From positions 2,144,001 to 2,208,000 of the forward strand of contig CAVXRD010000002.1 in assembly GCA_963764165.1 (NCBI GenBank): 64,000 nucleotides of DNA, written 5' to 3'. The notes under the pieces were generated by a model. That model was given only the letters and a program-made list of their open reading frames with translations. It was not told where the DNA came from and ran no database searches. This document shows, piece by piece, positions 57,854-64,000 of this stretch. The DNA comes from an uncultured Verrucomicrobiae bacterium (GTDB lineage: Bacteria > Verrucomicrobiota > Verrucomicrobiia > Limisphaerales > Palsa-1400). Every line of letters begins with the position of its first letter. Within the stretch, counting starts at the first letter, position 1. The position numbers and the translations under genes were made by a program.

Positions 57854-58081
57854 GGCCACAGATGGACACAGATCAACACAGATAAAAACAATGGAGACAA
57901 AGCACAACGCGGAGACCGCGCGGGTTGTTCGACAAAATTCGTCATGCGCCTTTTCTTCGTTATCTTTGTGTCCTTTTGTTCAATGCCTTCTAGTCTTCTG
58001 TTCGCGGCACCGGCCGGGGAAAGCCGGGTTCACCCAATCGATTCATCAGAAAATCTGTGTTGATCTGTGTCAATCTGTGGC
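57854..58081. repeat. Family C repeat pair between tpsB and tpsA
   Basis: 57854-57883 and inverted copy at 58053-58081. Confidence 0.85.
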
Positions 58082-58090
58082 TTGTCTTCA

Positions 58091-59989
58091 TCAGAATTGG
58101 GCTGTCAACGAAAACGCTATTCGCACCTGATACGCTTCCGTGTATGGCGTGCTCAAGAACGGCCACGCAAAGGAGAGCATCCCGCTGAAGTGATTCCCCA
58201 ACGACGCGGCGCCGGCGAATCCCGCACCCCACAGTGGGATCGCGGATTGGCGGCTGCCGGGATCGAGGAGATAGGTGTCTGCGTAGTCCATGAAGAATGA
58301 TGAACGCACCACCAAAGGCCGCTTCGTCCCCCCGCCCACATATCCAATTCGATAGGGCGGCAGTTTTAATTCCGACGTCGCCCGCCAGCCTGTATCGCCA
58401 AACACTTCGCCTTCGCGATAGCCACGCACACCGGCTATGCCGCCCCCGCCGAATTCCTCGTTGCTTATCAACGGCTCGCTTGCCCATTGCCCGTCCAGGC
58501 GCAGCGCCAGTTTCCATTCATGCGGCAGTGGCTGATCGCGGCTGAGGTAGCCCGTCACGACATGCCAGAAACCGCTTGATTGCGTTGAGCCGGTAATCTC
58601 CTCCAGATTACTCCGGCTGCTGGACATCCAGATATTTGGGCTGTAGCTCAATCCCGCGCCCGAAAGGCCCGCGGGATCCGGACGGGTTCCGTCCCACCGA
58701 AACGTGAGCGGCAGGTAACTGATGCCGTGGCGGGATGCAGGAACAGGCGATGGGATCGTGGATGTCCGGTTGGTGGGCGTGTTATTTTCAGTTATCAGAT
58801 ACTCAGTGATAATCGTGTCATTGGTCGCGAATGCGACTTGCTTGAAGTATTTGAAGTCGAATCCCGCCTGCGCATGGCTGTGGATCCCAAAAAACTCCTG
58901 CAATGGCTTCGTATAACGCATGCCAATGGCGTCATTGTAGGTCAAATCCTGCTGGATAAGCTGGCGGTTGATGCTGCTGGTTCCATTGGACGAACCGCTC
59001 CCGCCAGTGGCGATATTCATGTAGGGGCCGTAGGTCAGGCCGGAATCAATCGTCGAGCCGCTGGCGTAAAAGTTCAATTCTGACGCGCCCGTCGGCCCGG
59101 GAAGGACGAATTTCCGCGTGGCTTCGTTGTAGCCGAAGTCGCTCGCGCTTCTGATCGAATCTTCCGCCACCGAATCGACCTGCGACAGCGGCATGCAATA
59201 GAAGAAACTGTAGTTGGCCACCTGGGGCTGGTCGTAGGGATTCCAACTGCCGCCCTGTTTGAAATCCTGCTCGGAAAAAGTGTATTGCAAGCCAATGGAA
59301 TGATCCAATTGCCAAAGATTGTCATAGGCGGCGGACGCGGCGAGACGCATATCAGGCGTGCCCGGCGAGCTCTGGTTGTTGGCCTCAAGTTTCCCGTGGA
59401 GAGGCAATTGATCCTTCACCCGCAAAACAAGCGACGTGGTGTCCGGGTCTGGACCGGGGTGGATTTCCGGATAGATCTGGCGATCCTTGTCCTGGTTGGC
59501 CATGTCCAAAACCGGCTGCATGAGCTTGCTGTTCAAATACATGTTTGTCGTCAAGCCGGGAAGCGCGCGCATCACATTATTGGAACTAAAGAAGCGATTG
59601 CCCGACACCTTGATTTCGGCGAGCTTTCCCTCAAACACCCGCAGCCGGAACACGCCGTTGGTCAGCTTCTGCTGCGGAACGGTCACACTGATGGTGTCGT
59701 AACCGCGATCGTGGTATTCCAATTGCAATTCTTTCACAGCGGCGGCCACTTCGACAAACGTGATGTTCGTTCCAATGTGCTTGGAGGTGATTTTGCTCAC
59801 CGCGGTTTGCGGCAGCAGGGTGTTTCCCAATACTTCGTACTTATCCACCGCAAAATGCATTGGGGGCGGCGCGTTGGTGTCGGCCGCCCGCGCTGTCATA
59901 CAAACGAACGACGCGGTTGCGGCCAGCGCCATCAAGCGCCGCAGCAAGACAAGACACCGGCCCGGTTGGAGGATGTTCGGGGGAAGCAT
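58091..59989 (-). CDS. ShlB/FhaC/HecB-family TpsB transporter
   Basis: POTRA (GNTLL, YHDRGY, VPQQ), VRGYRE motif, C-terminal F. Confidence 0.92.
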   Translation of the reverse strand: MLPPNILQPGRCLVLLRRLMALAATASFVCMTARAADTNAPPPMHFAVDKYEVLGNTLLPQTAVSKITSKHIGTNITFVEVAAAVKELQLEYHDRGYDTISVTVPQQKLTNGVFRLRVFEGKLAEIKVSGNRFFSSNNVMRALPGLTTNMYLNSKLMQPVLDMANQDKDRQIYPEIHPGPDPDTTSLVLRVKDQLPLHGKLEANNQSSPGTPDMRLAASAAYDNLWQLDHSIGLQYTFSEQDFKQGGSWNPYDQPQVANYSFFYCMPLSQVDSVAEDSIRSASDFGYNEATRKFVLPGPTGASELNFYASGSTIDSGLTYGPYMNIATGGSGSSNGTSSINRQLIQQDLTYNDAIGMRYTKPLQEFFGIHSHAQAGFDFKYFKQVAFATNDTIITEYLITENNTPTNRTSTIPSPVPASRHGISYLPLTFRWDGTRPDPAGLSGAGLSYSPNIWMSSSRSNLEEITGSTQSSGFWHVVTGYLSRDQPLPHEWKLALRLDGQWASEPLISNEEFGGGGIAGVRGYREGEVFGDTGWRATSELKLPPYRIGYVGGGTKRPLVVRSSFFMDYADTYLLDPGSRQSAIPLWGAGFAGAASLGNHFSGMLSFAWPFLSTPYTEAYQVRIAFSLTAQF

Positions 59990-60005
59990 TGGGAAATTTA
60001 GTGGA

Positions 60006-60929
60006 TCATGCGCGAACGGCTCCGCCAGCAAGCCGCTGCCGGCGCCATTGCCCGGGGCTGACGCCGAAATGGCGCTTGAACAATTCGCTAAAAACGCTGC
60101 TGGATTGGTAGCCGCTCTCGAGCGCGATCTCCACCACTTTGGCGTCTGAGTTGGCCAGCAATTCGCAGGCCCGCGCAAGGCGCAGTTCGATCTGCTTCTC
60201 CCGGAACGAGGTCCCGAGCTCCGTGCGGAACAGACGGTTCAAATGGCGCGGGCTGCACGAAATCATGGGCGCCAATTGAGACAATGACAACTCGACAAAT
60301 TCGGAGGCCGCCATGCCGTTCATGATTTTGCGAAATCGCTCGCGCCCATCTTTCCAGGGCGTTTGCGCCGGCAATTCCAATTCTCCCTGCCACTCGAAGG
60401 CGCCGGTGAAAAGCTGCAGCAGGCGCAGGCGCTGCGCGGAATCTGGAGCGGCGGAACCCGCTTGAAGTTTTGCGCACCCGGCCGCCAGCAGACTCTCCGG
60501 GGAATGAACCCGCGCGGCGTGGGATTTGTGGCGGGCGGCCTGCTTGAGAAAATGCTGCTCCGACAGGCTGAGCAGGCCGGACAGCTTTTCCGTGTCAATA
60601 CAATAATGTGTGATTTCAACTTCGCTAAGCTGGCTGGCCCGCCATGTGCCGCGAACCTCCGCCGAGGCGACCACGGCCGAACCCGGCTCGATCTCCCGCA
60701 CTTCATTTTGATCGTGCCAGTAGCTGAAGCCATTTTCGATGAATGCGACGCACCAACCCCGGAAAGAGGGCCTCCATTCCCCGCCCTTTGGAAGCCGGAT
60801 TTTGTTCAGCACCAGGTGCGGCTCGAATTGCGGTCGTGATCTCATGCGGCGCAGTTTCACAGAGGCAAATGGCGATTTGATTGCGGAATTGTTAAAATCG
60901 TGGAACGAAGTATTCCCATTGTTTTGCAA
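60006..60929 (-). CDS. AraC-family transcriptional regulator
   Basis: SPRHLNRLFR, IALESGY...FSELFKRHFGVSPGQWR. Confidence 0.9.
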   Translation of the reverse strand: MQNNGNTSFHDFNNSAIKSPFASVKLRRMRSRPQFEPHLVLNKIRLPKGGEWRPSFRGWCVAFIENGFSYWHDQNEVREIEPGSAVVASAEVRGTWRASQLSEVEITHYCIDTEKLSGLLSLSEQHFLKQAARHKSHAARVHSPESLLAAGCAKLQAGSAAPDSAQRLRLLQLFTGAFEWQGELELPAQTPWKDGRERFRKIMNGMAASEFVELSLSQLAPMISCSPRHLNRLFRTELGTSFREKQIELRLARACELLANSDAKVVEIALESGYQSSSVFSELFKRHFGVSPGQWRRQRLAGGAVRA

Positions 60930-60936
60930 TCAAGCA

Positions 60937-61359
60937 CTAGTTTGCGCTTTGTGTCGCCAATCCAATCTTGGTGATTTCCAGTTGCTGCAATGCGTCCAGC
61001 ACTTTGATCATGGCCTGGTATTCCACGTTGTCAGAACCTTTGACGACGATCTTTGGATCCGGGTCATCGGCCTTGATGGCGCGCAGCTTTTCCTTTAGTT
61101 GACTGTCTGGAACGACCACATCGTTGAGCGTAATTTGCCCCTTGTCGTCGACCGCGATGCGATTGATTCTTGGCTGCGGCGCGTTGGGGTTGGCGGGCGG
61201 CGGCTTGCCGGACGGCAGCGCCATTTCCAGGCTGTTGACCATCTGCGGCGTGGTGATGATGAAAATGACCAGCAGCACGAACACCAAATCCAGCAGCGGC
61301 GTGATGTTCAATTCATTCAACGTGCTGTGGCCGCGTTTGGATGTTTTTTTCAAGCTCAT
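60937..61359 (-). CDS. exbD: ExbD/TolR protein
   Basis: ELNITPLLDLVFVLLVIFII. Confidence 0.93.
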   Translation of the reverse strand: MSLKKTSKRGHSTLNELNITPLLDLVFVLLVIFIITTPQMVNSLEMALPSGKPPPANPNAPQPRINRIAVDDKGQITLNDVVVPDSQLKEKLRAIKADDPDPKIVVKGSDNVEYQAMIKVLDALQQLEITKIGLATQSAN

Positions 61360-62048
61360 GGCGAAACGGCCTCCGTGGCGACGACATCGAATCTGACCAA
61401 AACGCGGCCAGGGAAATGAGCGGGCGGAGCGCGGTCCATGCCTGGCGTTCTGGCCAGCGCCTGCTTTACCGAATCATCCCAGCGCTTGTTGCCTGAGGTC
61501 TTTTTCCAGACCGGATCGCTGATTCTTCCCGTTGAGTCGACGCTGACTTCCACTTCAGCGACAAAATTGTGGTCGTCGAGGCCGTCGGGGCGGTCCCATC
61601 GCGAACGGAGCGCATATTCCACCAAGCCCTTGTAGATTTGCACGGGATCGGAGGAAGTTTCGACGGCCTTGCCGCCTTCAAAAGCGAACGATGGAACGTC
61701 CACCGCCGCCGGGGCCACTGTCGCCGGAGCGGCGCCAACATTGGCAGGTGGCGGTGCGGCTGCGGGCGCGACCGTTTTCGGCGCTTCTTCGATTCTGGGC
61801 GCCTGAACGACTTTGGGGGGCTCGGCCTTCGGTGGTTCTTCCTTCGGTTTTTCCGGCTCCTTCGGCTTTTCTGGCGGCTTTTCCTTGACCATCTCGACCG
61901 CAATTTTCTTGAACTGCTTTCCCAGCAAGCCTTCCCGCGCGGCGAAAAAGAGCAGCACAATCACGATGGCCCCGTGAAAAGCGGCGGAGAACAGCAGATT
62001 CACTTTCGTGCTGTTTCGTGCTTTGCGTTGCTGTGAGCCTGGAGTCAT
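61356..62048 (-). CDS. tonB: TonB-family energy transducer
   Basis: TM segment with SAAFH, KPKE/Pro-rich linker, C-terminal TonB/TolA-like domain. Confidence 0.85.
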   Translation of the reverse strand: MTPGSQQRKARNSTKVNLLFSAAFHGAIVIVLLFFAAREGLLGKQFKKIAVEMVKEKPPEKPKEPEKPKEEPPKAEPPKVVQAPRIEEAPKTVAPAAAPPPANVGAAPATVAPAAVDVPSFAFEGGKAVETSSDPVQIYKGLVEYALRSRWDRPDGLDDHNFVAEVEVSVDSTGRISDPVWKKTSGNKRWDDSVKQALARTPGMDRAPPAHFPGRVLVRFDVVATEAVSP

Positions 62049-62067
62049 TTTCTCGGAAAGCGATCAG

Positions 62068-62481
62068 TTACTTTGCATCCGCCGCTTCCGTGGCGAGGTC
62101 GACCTTGGGGACGTTGGCCTGCTGGCAGGCGTCAAGCACAGCGCGAATCTGGCTGTATTTCGTTTTGCCGTCGCCGCGCACGATCACGCTTAAATCGGGA
62201 TCATCAATGCGCAATTCGACCAGCTTTTCCTGCAAGGAGGTGGCCGTCACCGCCGCCTTGTTGAGCCACAGTTGTCCGTTCGCCTGCACCGTGATGTAAT
62301 TGGCTTTGCGCGGCGGATCTTTCGCGTGCTTGGAAGCGTTGGGCAGATTGAGATCCAAATCGTTCACAATCGGAGTGGTGGTGATGATGAAAATCACCAG
62401 CAGCACAAACGCCAAATCCAGCAGCGGGGTGATGTTCAGCTCCGTCAGCGACTCATGACTTGAATGCGAACATTTCTTCAT
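62068..62481 (-). CDS. exbD: ExbD/TolR protein
   Basis: ELNITPLLDLAFVLLVIFII. Confidence 0.93.
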   Translation of the reverse strand: MKKCSHSSHESLTELNITPLLDLAFVLLVIFIITTTPIVNDLDLNLPNASKHAKDPPRKANYITVQANGQLWLNKAAVTATSLQEKLVELRIDDPDLSVIVRGDGKTKYSQIRAVLDACQQANVPKVDLATEAADAK

Positions 62482-63368
62482 GACAGCGGACGGGACATAT
62501 CTGGAAATCCATCTTCACCGCCGTTTTTCCATGCCGCAACCAAGCGAGTCGCCAACTGCTCATTCGCCTCGCGAATTTCGTCGCCGAGCGGGCGGTTATC
62601 GACGTAGCGATGCTCCATCTGGTTGGCAAGGCGGCTGGCGAAACCGTCGAGTTCCTGCGTGATGGAGCGGATGGTGGTGACCATGAAATTGTAGCTGAAC
62701 ATGGCCGGAATCGCGACCAGCAGCCCGATGACCGTGCAGATCAACGCGCCCGCCACGCCCGGCGCCATCGCCGTCAAGCTCGCCGATCCCGCCGTGGCAA
62801 TGCCCGCGAACGTTTCCATGACGCCCCAAACCGTTCCAAGCAATCCAATAAACGGGCCGCCCGCCACCGCCGTGGACAGCACAATCATGCCCTTTTCCAA
62901 GACCATCGCTTCCGCCGCCGCGCGCTCCTCCATGACAACCTTCACCGCCTCAAACGAGGCGGCGCTGATCCGCGCATGGCTTTGCTTGATAAACACCGCC
63001 GTGTTGCCGTGGCCCGCTGGGTCGGAAGTGAGATCGGCCCGCGCCTTCACATGCACCGGATAATTTTTCAGGTGATAATCCAATTCGTCCGCGGCCCGGA
63101 TATAGAGATTGTAAGCGGGAGCGCCATCAAAGTCCTCGTCCTTGCGCTTCAAATCCATGGGATCGCGCGTTTCCTCGTAAGCGGCAAAGAATTTCTTCGC
63201 CCACTTGCGCGCGATCATGAGCTGCCGCGCTTTGGTGATGATGATCGTCCAGCTAAACAACGAGAGGATGAGCAGCGCGGTCATCGTCGCCTTGCCTTCG
63301 GGAGTCGCCTTATCGATGGCGAACTTCATTGCGTTGCCGAAAAACGGATGGGCGTGAAAAAGGAGCAT
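62478..63368 (-). CDS. exbB: MotA/TolQ/ExbB proton channel protein
   Basis: PFIGLLGTVWGVM, APGVAGALICT, GLLVAIPA. Confidence 0.93.
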   Translation of the reverse strand: MLLFHAHPFFGNAMKFAIDKATPEGKATMTALLILSLFSWTIIITKARQLMIARKWAKKFFAAYEETRDPMDLKRKDEDFDGAPAYNLYIRAADELDYHLKNYPVHVKARADLTSDPAGHGNTAVFIKQSHARISAASFEAVKVVMEERAAAEAMVLEKGMIVLSTAVAGGPFIGLLGTVWGVMETFAGIATAGSASLTAMAPGVAGALICTVIGLLVAIPAMFSYNFMVTTIRSITQELDGFASRLANQMEHRYVDNRPLGDEIREANEQLATRLVAAWKNGGEDGFPDMSRPLS

Positions 63369-63557
63369 GGTGAGGAAAATGGTTGTTAAGAGTGAATTCC
63401 GCCCGGCCGCGCGCGGCGGATGGCTGCTTCAAAATCAATTTGGATGAACTGCATCGCCGAAAGGCTAACATTGGCGATGTGACAACCATTGGTCGGAATT
63501 GCAACAACTGTGTTAAATAAAATTCCCAGAGAAAATCACAATCAAATAAACGGATGC

Positions 63558-63748
63558 GGCAGGGCGAGGCTGCCAATGAACCGCGAAGGGAAGCGCTCGG
63601 CGAGGGCGCCGAGCGCGACACGCGAGGCGCGTGTGCTCCCCAGCCTCTGAATCCTGGGAGCGCACGCGCCCTCGCGTGCAGCGAGACGCGCCCCGCGTCC
63701 CGCATCCCTCTTCTCCACTCTAACCGTTCACTGGCAGCCTCGCCTACC
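63558..63748. repeat. Nested REP elements
   Basis: Outer GGCAGGGCGAGGCTGCCAATGAAC / GTTCACTGGCAGCCTCGCCTACC pair enclosing an inverted GGGAGCRCACGCGCC-type pair. Confidence 0.7.
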
Positions 63749-63921
63749 AACCTCATCTTTCGGCCCCCGAAGAATTCTCCTCCGAGCAAAACTTGAGGAC
63801 GCAAATTGCGACCTCAAACGCCGCGGCGCCAGAGGCGCCCGCGATTTCCTCATTGGCAAACCCTGGAACGTTCGTTTAACTAACTGTCAACGTAATTCAA
63901 CTTTTTTGACCGAGAAAAGCC

Positions 63922-64000
63922 ATGCCAAAAAAGAAATCGGATCAAGCGCAAGTGGTGCTCTACCAAACCCCCGACGGGAAAGTGACCGTCAACGTGATGT
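63922..64000 (+). CDS. RhuM-like protein, N-terminus only (runs off the window edge)
   Basis: MPKKKSDQAQVVLYQTPDGKVTVNVM resembles the RhuM/Fic-associated N-terminal motif. Confidence 0.55.
   Translation, partial: MPKKKSDQAQVVLYQTPDGKVTVNVM

Noticed and set aside
59990..60178. Apparent tpsB/araC gene overlap
   Set aside because: Artefact of the longest-ORF start; the signal-peptide-bearing start at 59989 removes the overlap.

Overview
GC-rich bacterial chromosomal segment, probably Verrucomicrobia (inferred from prepilin/H-X9-DG proteins, the LysM-containing dcw cluster and the repeat families). From left to right: (i) a hicAB toxin-antitoxin pair and a small phage-like switch (XRE repressor, three operator-like 15-mers, two unknown genes, Mu Gam-like gene); (ii) CBM48 and GT-A-like genes; (iii) a minus-strand dcw cluster (mraZ to ftsZ) that lacks murC, murD and murE; (iv) a gene-poor, repeat-rich gap with DnaA-like boxes and a truncated esterase; (v) feoA-feoA-feoB; (vi) a REP-associated tyrosine transposase (RAYT) flanked by REPs, with about 14 copies of that REP between 25 and 49.4 kb, one pair inserted in frame inside aroD and one copy split by an IS1182-family element; (vii) a GH20 enzyme, a large secreted protein and four prepilin-like genes; (viii) housekeeping genes (ClC, aroD, ridA, rmuC, gdhA, trxB, cdd-pdp-nupC); (ix) an exbB-exbD-tonB-exbD-araC-tpsB-tpsA run with no TonB-dependent receptor, followed by an orphan UreF-like gene. 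No rRNA, tRNA or CRISPR array was seen. All calls come from motif recognition by eye; no database searches were run.
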